The translations under genes and the position numbers were made by a program. A model generated the notes under the pieces. That model was not told where the DNA came from, did not search any database, and was given only the letters and a program-made list of their open reading frames with translations. Shown here in pieces: positions 27,389 to 40,700 of a stretch of 64,000 nucleotides of DNA. The first letter of the stretch is position 1; every line of letters begins with the position of its first letter. Origin of the DNA: Squalus acanthias (lineage: Eukaryota); contig JASTWF010000109.1 of NCBI GenBank assembly GCA_030390025.1, positions 496,001 to 560,000 of the forward strand, written 5' to 3'.

Positions 27389-27837
27389 AACAATTTCACA
27401 GAGTAGGATTTACAGAGAATCATTTAAAAAGGTAACACAAAGTGAATATAATAACTGAGCGTCACATTGAGAACTGAACACAGTCGGTCTGAGCTGCCAG
27501 CTATCTGTACATCTGTTACTGACACCAGAGAGAAAAAACAGGTGCTCCACATAAAGGGAAGGGAACAATTGTGAATTAGGATTGAGAAAAAATGACTTAC
27601 TTACTCAAGACACATTCAAACAACTCGAAGATACATTTACATTAAAGTCACGATTACCTCACACATTTCAAATAGAAAGACGGAAATCAAGGGCATATTT
27701 TTCTCAGCTATAGATTCGGATCTTCTAACTGAAGGCATTTTACTTTGAGAATCACCAAGAGGACATATTTCATTTTCAGAACACAGCGATGTAAATAAAA
27801 AGATGAGGAAAATCCACGGTGTCTTAAATTCAGCGCA

Positions 27838-27846
27838 TCACTTGAC
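27838..27846 (-). CDS. IGHM: IgM TM2 exon (V-K-stop; cytoplasmic tail KVK)
   Basis: CTCTTTTAAAG|GTC AAG TGA, phase 0, matching the TM1 donor. Confidence 0.9.
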   Translation of the reverse strand, partial: VK

Positions 27847-27986
27847 CTTTAAAAGAGGGTTAAAAGAATGAAGCAGAGTTTTAGTTGTCTGGGACATTTA
27901 TCTCAGGATTTTTATCAATGAAACTTTCAGAGATTTGTCAAACCGCTTCAGTCATGTCGAGATGTGAGTGGATTGAATCTTCTCAC

Positions 27987-28114
27987 CTTCACCAGAGTGA
28001 CGGCAGCGCTGTAGAAAATGCTCAGGAAGAACAGGATGATGAATGTGGAAGCGGTTGTCCAGATGTTGCCGCTCTCGTTCTCATAGTCTTCAATCCAGAT
28101 GTGGTCTGAGGAAT
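27987..28114 (-). CDS. IGHM: IgM TM1 exon (membrane anchor)
   Basis: Translates as (D)SSDHIWIEDYENESGNIWTTASTFIILFFLSIFYSAAVTLVK with the conserved Ig TM motif. Acceptor CCCCGTAG (phase 1), donor AAG|GTGAGA. Not in the ORF track. Confidence 0.96.
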
Positions 28115-28769
28115 CTACGGGGATGCAGAGGAGGCAATAAATTCAGATCGTTTATTAATCCAGGATATCATATTCTTATTATAAACTCTCTCTTCCTTTC
28201 CTTCATGTAATAGATTGTTCTCTAATTTAATTTCCAATGAATATCTTGTGTTAAGTTAATCACTCTCAGCAATCAATCTCTGTTCCTAACTCAACAGCCG
28301 CTCTTCCGTAATGATCCTCAGAGAGACCGTGTTGGAAAATATGATATTTTTTCTTCCCTGCCAGAAGCTAAATGATTTTGCATCAATTTCATACGATCTA
28401 TCGTTCGGGAGAAATATGATGAAATATCGAGGCAGGTATATTGATTGATATCGATTATTTTAACGATAGGTTTACATAGGTATTTATTTGCAGACTATCA
28501 AGGGGGCTGGGTAAGCGATTAGAGGTGAGCCAATAGCTGGTTTATTTATATGTGATGGCAATGCTCTGATCATAATTAAATGTTATCAGTTTCCAACTAT
28601 TAACATTGATTCAGTGCATGTGTCGAATCAGAATAGAGAAATGTGAGATGTCATGTCATCAGGAATTATTTATTCAGGACAATCGTTGGAGACTGTGTCC
28701 CTTCAAAAAGTGCATTTTAATTCTAAATTCGTCTATAGCCTGACATATTTGCGCTTTAGTATTTGCAAA

Positions 28770-31700
28770 TGTGTGTATGTGCGTATGTGTGTATGACTGG
28801 CTCTTGTATTGCTTTAGTTTGTGATTATGTGATACTGTGTGTTTATCTGTAAGTGTTTATGTGTTGAAGTGTAAGTGTCTGTGTGGGTTATTTTGGAAGT
28901 GTATGTGGTTATGTGTAATTCAATGTAAGTGTGTTCATGTGTAAGTGTGCGTCTATATTTGTAAGTTTGTGTATATTTATGTTAAAGTACGGGTGTGTTT
29001 CTGTGTAAATTCGATCATGTGTACATTTATCTGCAATTGAGTGCATGTGTGTGTTTATGTGCAAGTGTTTGTGTAAGTTTAGTTTAAGCGTGTGTCTGCT
29101 TAAGTGTAATTATGTGATTTGTTGCGTGTAAGTGTCTATGTGTTGATGTGTGTGTTAATGCGGGTGTCTGTGTGTGTTGTGTTTAAGGGTGTGTGTGTTG
29201 ATGTGTGTGTTAATGCGGGATTATATGTGTGTGTTGTGTGTAAGGGTGTGTGGGTGTTGATGTGTGTGTTAATGCGGGTGTCTGTGTGTGTTTTGTGTAA
29301 GGGTCTGAGTGGGTTGATGTGTGTGTTAATGCGGTTGTCTGTGTGTGTTGTGTATAAGGGTGTGTGTGTGTTGATGTGTGTGTTAATGCGGGTGTCTGTG
29401 TGTTGTGTGTAAGGGTGTGTGTGTGTCGATGTGTGTGTTAATGCGGGTGTCTGTGTGTGTTGTGTGTAAGGGTGTGTGTGTGTTGATATGTATGTTAATG
29501 CGGGTGTCTGTGTCTGTTGTGTGTAAGGGTGTGTGTGTGTTGATGTGTGTGTTAATGCGGGTGTCTATGTGTGTTGTGAGTAAGGGTGTGTGTGTGTGTT
29601 GTGTGTGTTAATGTGAGTGTCTGTGTGAGTTTTGTGTATGGGCGTGTGTGTGTTGATGTGTGTGTTAATGCGGGTGTCTGTGTGTGTTTTATGTAAGGGT
29701 GTGTGTGTTAATGTGTGTGTTAATGCGGGTGTCTGTCTGTGTTGTGTGTAAGGATGTGTGTGTCTTGATGTGTGTGTTAATGCGGGCGTCTGTGTGTATT
29801 TTGTATAATGATGTGTGTGTTGTTGTTTGTGTTAATGCGGGTGTCTGTGTGTTTTGTGTAAGGGTGTGTGTGTGTTTATGTGTGTGTTAATGCGGGCGTC
29901 TGTGTGTGTTTTGTATAAGGGTGTGTGTGTGTTGTTGTGTGTGTTAATGCCGGTGTCTGTGTGTGTTTTGTGTAAGGGTGTGTGTGTGTTGATGAGTGTG
30001 TTAATGCGGGCGTCTGTGTGTGTTTTGTGTAAGGGTGTGTGTGTTGTTGTGTGTGTTAATGCGAGTGTCTGTGTGTGTTGTGTGTAAGGGTGTGTGTGTG
30101 TTGATGTGTGTGTTAATGCGGGTGTCTGTGTGTGTTGTGTGTAAGGGTGTGTGTGTGTTGATGTGTTTGTTAATGCGGGTGTATGTATGTGTTGTGTGTA
30201 AGGGTGTGTGTGTGTTGTTGTGTTTTTTTGCGGGTGTCTGTGTGTGTTGTGTGTGTTAATGCGGTTGTATGTGTGTTGTGTGTCAGGGTGTGTGTGTGTT
30301 AATGCGGGTGTCTGTGTGTGTTGTGTGTAAGGGTGTGTGTGTCTTGATGTGTGTGTTAATGCGGGTGTCTGTGTGTGTTGTGTGCAAGGGTGTGTGTGTC
30401 TTGATGTGTGTGTTAATGCGGGTGTTTTTGTGTTGTGTGTAAGGGTGTGTGTGTGTTGATGTGTGTGTTAATGAGGGTATCTGTGGGTGTGTTGTGTTTA
30501 AGGGTGTGTATGTGTTGATGCGCGTGTTAATGCGGGTGTCTGTGTGTTTTGTGTGTAAGGGTGTGTGTGTGTTGATGCGTGTGTTAATGCGGATGTCTGA
30601 GTGTGTTTTTCTTGTAAGGGTGTGTGTGTGTTGTTGTGTGTTTTAATGCAGGTGTCTGTATGTCTTTTGTGTAAGGGTGTGTGTATATTGATGTGTGTGT
30701 TAATGCGTGTATTTTTGTGTGTTGTGTGTAAGGGTGTGTGTGTTGATGTGTGTTAATGCGGGTGTCTGTGTGTTCTGTGTAAGGGTGTATGTGTGTTGAG
30801 GTGTGTGTTATTGCGGTTGTCTGTGTATGTTGTGTGTAAGGGAGTGTGTGTGTGTTGTGTGTGTTAATGCGGTTGTCTGCTTGTGTTGTTTGTAAGGGTG
30901 TGTGAGTGTTGATGTGTGTGTTAATGCGGGTGTCTGTGCGTGTTGTGTGTAAGAGTGTGTGTGTGTTGTATGTGTTAAAGCGGATGCCTGTGTTTGTTGT
31001 GTGTAAGGTTGTGTTTGTGTTGATGTGTTTGTTAATGCGGGTGTCTGAGTTTGTTTTGTGTGTTGGGGTGTGTGTGTGTTCATGTGTTTGTTAATGCGGG
31101 TGTCTTTGTGTGTTTTGTGTAAGGGTGTGTGTTGTTGTGTGTGTTTTTGCGGGTGTCTGTGCGTGTTTTCTGTAATGATGTGTTTGTGTTGATGTGTGTG
31201 TTAATGCGGGTGTCTGTGTCTGTTGTCCGAAAGGGTGAGTGTGCGTATTGTGTGTGTGTTAATGCGGGTGTCTTTTTGTGTTTTTTGTAAGGGTGTGTTT
31301 GTGTTGATGTGTGTGTTAATGCGGGTGTTTGTGTGTGTTTTTTGTAAGGGTGTGTGTCTGCTGATGTGTGTGTTTTTGCGGGTGTCTGTGTGTGTTTTGT
31401 GTAATTATGTGTGTGTTTTGTTGTGTGTGTTAATGCGGGTGTCTGTGTGTGTTTTTTGTATGGGTGTGTGTGTGTTGATGTGTGTGTTTTTGCGGGTGTC
31501 TGTGTGTGTTTTGTGTAATGATGTGTGTGTGTTGTTGTGTGTGTTAATGCGGGTGTCTGTGTGTATTTTTTGTAAGGGTGTGTGTGTGTTGATGTGTGTG
31601 TTAATGCGGGTGTCTGTGTGTGTTGTGTGTAAGGGTGTGTGTGTTTTGTGTGTGTTAATGCGGGTGTCTGTGTGTGTTTTGTGTAAGGGTGTGTGTGTTG

Positions 31701-34700
31701 ATGTGTGTGTTAATGCGTGTGTCTGTGCGTATTGTGCGTAAGTGCGTGTGTGTTGTTCTGTGTGTTAATGCGGGTGTCTGTGTGCGTTGTGTGTAAGTGT
31801 GTGTATGTGTTGAAATGTGTGTTAATGCGGGTGTCTGTGTATATTGTGTGTAAGGGAGTGTGTGTGTTGATGTGTGTGTTAATGCGGGTGTCTGTGTGTG
31901 TTGTGTGTAAGGGAGTGTGTGTGTTGATGTGTGTGTTAATGCGGTTGTCTGTGTGTGTTGTGTGTAAGGGTGTGTGTGTGGAAATGTGTGTTAATGCGGG
32001 TGTCTGTGTATATTGTGTGTAAGGGAGTGTGTGTGTGTTGTGTGTGTTAATGCGGTTGTCTGTTTGTGTTGTTTGTAAGGGTCTGTGTGTGTTGATGTGT
32101 GTGTTAATGCGTGTGTCTGTGTGTGTTGTGCGTAAGTGTGTGTGTGTTGTTCTGTGTGTTAATGCGGGTGTCTGTGTGCGTTGTGTGTAAGGGTGTGTGA
32201 GTGTTGATGTGTGTGTTAATGCGCGTGTCTGTGCGTGTTGTGTGCATGGGTGTGTGTGTTTCGATGCTTGTGTTAATGCGGGTATCTGTGTGTTTTGTGT
32301 GTAAGATTGTGTGTGTGATAATGCGTGTGTCTGTGTGTGTTTTGTGCAAGGGTGTGTGTGTTGTATGTGTTAATGCGGGTGCCTGTGTTTGTTGTGTGTA
32401 AGGTTGTGTTTGTGTAGATGTGTGTGTTAATGCGGGTGTCTGTATTTGTTCTGTGTAAGGGTGTGTGTGTTGATGTATATGTGAATGCGGGTGTATGTGT
32501 GTGTTGTCTGAAAGGGAGTGTGTTTTTTGGATGTGTGTGTTAATGCGAGTGTCTTTGTGTGTTTTGTTTAAGGGTGTGTGTTTGTTGTATGTGTGTTAAT
32601 GCGGGTGTCTGTGTGTGTTGTGTGTAAGGGTGTGTGTGTGTTGATGTGTGTGTTAATGCGGGTGTTTTTGTGTTGTGTGTAAGGGTGTGTGTGTGTTGAT
32701 GTGTGTGTTAATGCAGTTGTCTGTGGGTGTGTTGTGTGTAAGGGTGTGTATCTGTTGATGCGTGTGTTAATGCGGGTGTCCGTGTGTGTTGTGTGTAAGG
32801 GTGTGTGTGTGCTGATGTGTGTGGTAATGCGGGTCTCTGTGTGTGTTGTGTGTAAGGGTGTGTGTGTGTTGAAATGTGTGTAAATGCGAGTGTCTGTGCG
32901 TGTTGTGTGTAAGGGTGTGTGTGTGTTAAAATGTGTGTTAATGCGGGTGTCTGTGTATGTTGTGTGTAAGGGAGTGTGTGTGTGTTGTGTCTGTTAATGC
33001 AGGTGTCTGTTTGTGTTGTGTGTAAGGGTGTATGTGTTTTGAACTGTGTGTTAATGCGGTTGTCTGTTTGTGTTGTGTGTAAGGGTGTGTGTTTTGTTGT
33101 GCGTATCAATGCGCGTGTCTGTGCGTGTTGTGTGCATGGGTGTGTGTGTTTCGATTCGTGTGTTAATGCGGGTGTCTGCGTGTTTTGTGTGTATGAGTGT
33201 GTGTGTGTTGTACTTGTTAATGCGGGTGGCTGTGTTTGTTGTGTGTAAGGTTGTGTTTGCGTTTATTTGTGTGTTAATGCGGGTTTTTGAGTGTGTTTGG
33301 TGTGTTGGGGTGTGTGTGTGTTGATGTGTTTTTAATGCGGGTGTCTTTGTGTGTTTGTGTAAGGGTGTGTGTTGATGTGTGTGTGAATGCGGGTGTCTGT
33401 GTGCGTATTGTTTAAGGGTGTGTGTGTGTTGTGTGTGTGTGTTAATGCGGGTGTCTGTGTGTGTTTGTGTGCAAGTGTGTGTGTGTGTTGACGTGTGAGT
33501 TATTGTGGGTGCCTGTTGTGTGTTGTGAGTGTTAATACGGGTGTCTGTTTGTGTTTTGTGTAAGGGTGTGTCTGTGTTGATGTGTGTGTTAATGCGGGTG
33601 TGTCTGTGTTGATGTGTGTGTTAATGCGGGTGTGTCTGTGTGTTTTGTGTAAGGGTGTGTGTGTGTTGGTATGTGTATTAATGAGGGTGTCAGTGTGTGT
33701 GTTATGTGTAAGGGTGTGTTTATGTTGTTGTGTGTGTTAATACGGGTGTCTGTGTGTGTTGTGTTTAAGGGTGTGTGTGTGTTGTTGTGTGTGTTAATAC
33801 GGGTGTCTGTGTGGTGTGTGTAAGGGTGTGTCTGTTAGCTGATGTGAGTGTTAATGCGGGTGTCTGAGTGTGTTGTGTGTAAGGGTGTGTGTGTGTTGAT
33901 GTGTGTGTTAATGTGGGTGTCTCTGTGTGTTCTCTGTAAGGGTGTGTTTGTGGTGATGTGTCTGTGTTAATGCGGGTGTCTGTGTGTGTTTTCTGTAAGT
34001 GTGTGTATGTGTTGTGTGTGTGTTAATGCGGGTGTCTGTGTGTGTTGTGTGTAAAGGTGTGTGTGTTTTCTGTATGTATTAATGCGGGTGTCTGCGTGTG
34101 TTGTATGTAAGAGTGTGTCTGTTTTGATGTGTGTGCTAATGCGGATGTCTGTGTGTGTTGTGTGTAAGGGTGTGTGTGTTCTGTGTGTATTAATGCGTGT
34201 AACTGTGTGTGTTGTGTGTAAGGTTGTGTGTGTGTTGATGTGTGTGTTAATGCGGGAATATGTGGGTGTATTGTTTGTGTTAATAGGGGTGTCTGTATGT
34301 GTTCTGTGTAAGGGTGTGTGTCTGTTCTGTGTGTATTAATGCGTGTGTCTGTGTGTGATGTGTGTAAGGGTGTGAGTGTTGATGTGTGTGTTAATGCGGG
34401 TGGTTGTGGGTGTTGTGTGTAATGGTGTGTGTGTGTTGTTGTGTGTGTTATTTCGGGTTTCTACGTGTGTTGTGTGTAATGGTGTGTGTGTGTTGATGTG
34501 TGTGTTAATGCGGTTGTCTGTGTGTGTTGTGTGTAAGTGTAACTGTGTGTTGATGTCTGTGTTAATGCGAGTGTCTGTGTCTTGTGTAAGGTTGTGTGTG
34601 TGCTTTGTGTGTGTTAATGCGGGTGTCTGTGTGTGTTATGTGTAAGGGTGTGTGTGTGTGTTGATGTGTGTGTTAATCCGCGTGTCTGTGTGTGTTGTGT

Positions 34701-37700
34701 CTAAGTCTGTGAGTATTGATGTGTGTGTTAATGCGGGTGTCCGTGTGTGTTTTGTGTGTAAGGGTGCGTGTGTGTTGTGTCTGTTATGCGGTTGTATTTG
34801 TGTGTTGTGTGTAAGTGTGTGTGTCTGTGTTGATGTGTGTATTAATGTGGTTGAGTGTGTGTGTTTTGTGTCAGGGTGTGTGTGTTCTGTGTGTATTAAT
34901 GCGGCTGTTTCTGTGTGTCGAGTGTAAGGGTGTGTTTGTGTTGATGTGTGTGTTAATGCAGGTGTCTGTCTGTGTTGTGGGTAATGGTGTGTGTGTGTGT
35001 TGTTGTGTGTGTTAATGCGGGTGTCTGTGTGTGTATTGTGTAAGGGTGTGTGTTTGTTGATGTTTGGGTTAATGCGGGTTTCTGTGAGTGTTTTGTGTAA
35101 GGGTGTGTGTGAGTTGATGTGTGTGTTAATGCGGGTGTCTGTGTGTGTTGTGTGCAAGGGTGTGTGTGTGTTGATGTGTGTGTTAATGCGGGTGTGTGTG
35201 TGTGTTTTGTGTCAGGGTGTGTGTGTGTTGATGTGTGTGTTAATGCGGGTGTCTGAGTGTGTTTTGTGTGTAAGGGTGTGTCTGTGTTGAAGTGTGTGTT
35301 AATGCGGGTGTCTCAGTGTGTTTTGTGTGTAAGGGTGTGTCTGTGTTTATGTCTGTGGCAATGCGTGCAGCTGTGTGTGTTTTGTGCTAAGGGTGTTTGT
35401 GTTTGTGTGTGTGTTAATGCGGGTGTCTGTGTGTGTTGTGTCTAAGGGTGTGTGTGTGTTGTGTGTGTGTTAATACGGGTGTCTGTGTGTGTTTTGTGCA
35501 AGATTGTGTTTGTGTTGATGTGTGTGGTAATGCGGGTGTCTGTGTGTGTTGTGTGTAAGGGTGTGTGTGTTTATGTGTGTGTTAAATCGGGTGTCTGTGT
35601 GTGTTGTGTGTAAGGGAGTGTGTGTGTTGATGTGTGTGTTAATGCCGGTGTCTGTGTGTGTTTTGTGTAAGGTTGTGTCTGTGTTGATGTGTGTGTTAAT
35701 GCGGGTGTCTGTGTGTGTTGTGTGTAAGGGTGTGTGTGTTGATGTGTGTGTTAATGCGGGTGTCTGTGTGTTTTGTGTCCAAGGGTGTGTGTATTGATGT
35801 GTGTGTTAATGCGGGTGGTTGTGTGTGTTGTGTGTAAGGGTGTGTGTGTGTTGTTGTGTGTGTTAATGCGGGTGTCTGTGTGTGTTTTGTGTAAGAGTGT
35901 GTGTATGTTGATGTGTGTGTTAATGCGGGTGTTTTTGTGTTTTGTGTAAGGGTGTGTGTTAGTTGATGTGTGTGTTAATGCGAGTATCTGTGTGTGTTTT
36001 GTGTAAGGGTGTGTGTTAGTTGATGTGTGTGTTAATGCGGGTGTTTGTGTGTTTTGAGTGTAAGGGTGTGTTTGCGTTGATGTGTGTGCTAATGCGGGTG
36101 TCTGTGTGTTTTGTGTGTAAGGGTGTGTGTGTGTTGATGTGTGTGTTAATGCGGGTGTCTGTGTGTTTTGTGTGTAAGCGTGTGTGTTGATGTGTGTGTT
36201 AATGCGGGTGTCTGTGTATTGTGTGTAAGGGTGTGTGTATTAGCTGATGTGAGTGTTAATGCGGGTGTCTGAGTGTGTTGTGTGTAAGGGTGTGTATGTG
36301 TTGATGTGTGTGTTAATGTGGGTGTCTCTGTGTGTTCTCTGTAAGGGTGTGTTTGTGTTGATGTGTCTGTGTTAATGCGGGTGTCTGTGTGTGTTTTCTG
36401 TAAGTGTGTGTATGTGTTGTGTGTGTGTTAATGCGGGTGTCTGTGTGTGTTGTGTGTAAAGGTGTGTGTGTTTTCTGTATGTATTAATGCGGGTGTCTGT
36501 GTGTGTTGTATGTAAGAGTGTGTCTGTTTTGATGTGTGTGCTAATGCGGATGTCTGTGTGTGTTGTGTGCAAGGGTGTGTGTGTTCTGTGTGTATTAATG
36601 CGTGTAATTGTGTGTGTTGTGTGTAAGGTTGTGTGTGTGTTGATGTGTGTGTTAATGCGGGAATATGTGGGTGTGTTGTTTGTGTTAATAGGGGTGTCTG
36701 TATGTGTTCTGTGTAAGGGTGTATGTCTGTTCTGTGTGTATTAATGCGTGTGTCTGTGTGTGTTGTGTGTAAGGGTGTGTGTGTGTTCTGTGTGTATTAA
36801 TGCGTGTAACTGTGTGTGTTGTGTGTAAGGTTGTGTGTGTGTTGATGTGTGTGTTAATGGGGGAATATGTGGGTGTGTTGTTTGTGTTAATAGGGGTGTC
36901 TGTATGTGTTCTGTGTAAGGGTGAGTGTCTGTTCTGTGTGTATTAATGCGTGTGTCTGTGTGTGTTGTGTGTAAGGGTGTGTGTGTTGATGTGCGTGTTA
37001 ATGCGGGTGGTTGTGGGTGTTGTGTGTAATGGTGTGTGTGTGTTGTTGTGTGTGTTAATTCGGGTTTCTGCGTGTGTTGAGTGTAATGGTGTGTGTGTGT
37101 GTTGATGTGTGTGTTAATGCGGTTGTCTGTGTGTGTTGTGTGTAAGTGTAACTGTGTGTTGATGTCTGTGTTAATGCGAGTGTCTGTGTCTTGTGTAAGG
37201 TTGTGTGTGTGCTTTGTGTGTGTTAATGCGGGTGTCTGTGTGTGTTATGTGTAAGGGTGTGTGTGTGAGTTGATGTGTGTGTTAATGCGCGTGTCTGTGT
37301 GTGTTGTGTCTAAGTCTGTGAGTATTGATGTGTGTGTTAATGCGGGTGTCTGTGTGTGTTGTGTGTAAGGGTGCGTGTGTGTTGTGTCTGTTATGCGGTT
37401 GTATTTGTGTGTTGTGTGTAAGTGTGTGTGTCTGTGTTGATGTGTGCATTAATGTGGTTGTCTGTGTGTGTTTTGTGTCAGGGTGTGTGTGTTCTGTGTG
37501 TATTAATGCGCCGGTTTCTGTGTGTCGAGTGTAAGGGTGTGTTTGTGTTGATGTGTGTGTTAATGCAGGTGTCTGTCTGTGTTGTGGGTAATGGTGTGTG
37601 TGTGTGTTGTTGTGTGTGTTAATGCGGGTGTCTGTGTGTGTTGTGTGTAAGTGTGTGTGTTTGTTGAGTGTGTGTTAATGCGGGTGTCCGTGTGTGTGGT

Positions 37701-40700
37701 GTGTAAGTGTGTGTGTGTGTTGATGTGTGTGTGTTAATTCGGGTGTCTGTGTGTGTTTTGTGTAAGGGTGTGGGTGCGTTGATGTGTGTGTTAATGCGGG
37801 TGTCTGTGTGTGTTTTGTGTAAGGGTGTGTGTTTGTTGATGTTTGGGTTAATGCGGGTTTCTGTGAGTGTTTTGTGTAAGGGTGTGTGAGTTTATGTGTG
37901 TGTTAATGCGGGTGTCTGTGTGTGTTGTGTGCAAGGGTGTGTGTGTGTTGTGTGTGTGTTAATGCGGGTGTCTGTGTGTGTTTTGTGCAAGGTTGTGTGT
38001 GTGTTGATGTGTGTGGTAATGCGGGTGACTGTGTGTGTTTGTGTGTAAGGGTGTGTTGTGTTGATGTGTGTGTTAAAGCGGGTGTCTGTGTGTGTTGTGT
38101 GTAAGCGAGTGTGTGTGTTGATGTGTGTGTTAATGCCGGGTGTCTGTGTGTGTTTTGTCTAAGGGTGTGTGTATTGATGTGTGTGTTAATGCGGGTGGTT
38201 GTGTGTGTTGTGTGTAAGGGTGTGTGTGTTTTGTTGTGTGTGTTAATGCGGGTGTCTGTGTGTGTTTTGTGTAAGAGTGTGTGTGTTGATGTGTGTGTTA
38301 ATGCGGGTGTCTGTGTGTTTTGTGTCTAAGGGTGGGTGTATTGATGTGTGTGTTAATGCGGGTGGTTGTGTGTGTTGTGTGTAAGGGTGTGTGTGTGTTG
38401 TTGTGTGTGTTAATGCGGGTGTCTGTGTGTGTTTTGTGTAAGAGTGTGTGTATGTTGATGTGTGTGTTAATGCGGGTGTTTTTGTGTTTTCTGTAAGGGT
38501 GTGTGTTAGTTGATGTGTGTGTTAATGCGAGTATCTGTGTGTGTTTTGTGTAAGGGTGTGTGTTAGTTGATGTGTGTGTTAATGCGGGTGTTTGTTTGTT
38601 TTGAGTGTAAGGGTGTGTTTGCGTTGATGTGTGTGCTAATGCGGTTGTGTCTGTGTGTGTTGTGTGTAAGGGTGTGTGTGTGTTGATGTGTGTGTTAATG
38701 CGGGTGTCTGCGTGTTTTGTGTGTAAGCGTGTGTGTTGATGTGTGTGTTAATGCGGGTGTCTGTGTGTTGTATGTAAGGGTGTTTGTATTAGCTGATGTG
38801 AGTGTTAATGCGGGTGTCTGAGTGTGTTGTGTGTAAGGGTGTGTGTGTGTTGATGTGTGTGTTAATGTGGGTGTCTCTGTGTGTTCTCTGTAAGGGTGTG
38901 TTTGTGTTGATGTGCCTGTGTTAATGCGTGTGTCTCTGTGTGTTTTCTGTAAGTGTGTGTATGTTTTGTGTGTGTGTTAATGCGGGTGTCTGTGTGTGTT
39001 GTGTGTAAAGGTGTGTGTGTTTTCTGTATGTATTAATGCGGGTGTCTGTGTGTGTTGTATGTAAGAGTGTGTCTGTTTTGATGTGTGTGCTAATGCGGAT
39101 GTCTGTGTGTGTTGTTTGCAAGGGTGTGTGTGTTCTGTGTGTATTAATGCGTGTAATTGTGTGTGTTGTGTGTAAGGTTGTGTGTGTGTTGATGTGTGTT
39201 TTAATGCGGGAATATGTGGGTGTGTTGTTTGTGTTAATAGGGGTGTCTGTATGTGTTCTGTGTAAGGGTGTGTGTCTGTTCTGTGTGTATTAATGCGTGT
39301 GTCTGTGTGTGTTGTGTGTAAGGGTGTGTGTGTTCTGTGTGTATTAATGCGTGTAACTGTGTGTGTTGTGTGTAAGGTTGTGTGTGTGTTGATGTGTGTG
39401 TTAATGGGGGAATTTGTGGCTGTGTTGTTCGTGTTAATAGGGGTGTCTGTATGTGTTCTGTGTAAGGGTGTGTGTCTGTTCTGTGTGTATTAATGCGTGT
39501 GTCTGTGTGTGTTGTGTGTAAGGGTGTGTCTGTTGATGTGTGTGTTAATGCGGTTGTCTGTGTGTGTTGTGTGTAAGTGTAACTGTGTGTTGATGTCTGT
39601 GTTAATGCGAGTGTCTGTGTCTTGTGTAAGGTTGTGTGTGTGCTTTGTGTGTGTTAATGCGGGTGTCTGTGTGTGTTATGTGTAAGGGTGTGTGTGTGAG
39701 TTGATGTGTGTGTTAATGCGCGTGTCTGTGTGTGTTGTGTCTAAGTCTGTGAGTATTGATGTGTGTGTTAATGCGGGTGTCTGTGTGTGTTGTGTGTAAG
39801 GGTGCGTGTGTGTTGTGTCTGTTATGCGGTTGTATTTGTGTGTTGTGTGTAAGTGTGTGTGTCTGTGTTGATGTGTGCATTAATGTGGTTGTCTGTGTGT
39901 GTTTTGTGTCAGGGTGTGTGTGTTCTGTGTGTATTAATGCGCCGGTTTCTGTGTGTCGAGTGTAAGGGTGTGTTTGTGTTGATGTGTGTGTTAATGCAGG
40001 TGTCTGTCTGTGTTGTGGGTAATGGTGTGTGTGTGTGTTGTTGTGTGTGTTAATGCGGGTGTCTGTGTGTGTTGTGTGTAAGTGTGTGTGTTTGTTGAGT
40101 GTGTGTTAATGCGGGTGTCCGTGTGTGTGGTGTGTAAGTGTGTGTGTGTGTTGATGTGTGTGTGTTAATTCGGGTGTCTGTGTGTGTTTTGTGTAAGGGT
40201 GTGTGTGCGTTGATGTGTATGTTAATGCGGGTGTCTGTGTGTGTTTTGTGTAAGGGTGTGTGTTTGTTGATGTTTGGGTTAATGCGGGTTTCTGTGAGTG
40301 TTTTGTGTAAGGGTGTGCGTGAGTTGATGTGTGTGTTAATGCGGGTGTCTGTGTGTGTTGTGTGCAAGGGTGTGTGTGTGTTGATGTGTGTGTTAATGCG
40401 GGTGTGTGTGTGTGTTTTCTGTCAGGGTGTGAGTGTGTTGATGTGTGTGTTAATGCGGGTGTCTGTGTGTGTTTTGTGTGTAAGGGTGTGTCTGTGTTGA
40501 AGTGTGTGTTAATGCGGGTGTCTGTGTGTGTTTTGTGTGTAAGGGTGTGTCTGTGTTGATGTCTGTGGCAATGCGTGCAACTGTGTGTGTTTTGTTCTAA
40601 GGGTGTTTGTGTGTTGTGTGTGTGTTAATGCGGGTGTCTGTGTGTGTTGTGTCTAAGGGTGTGTGTATTGATGTGTGTGTTAATGCGGGTGGTTGTGTGT

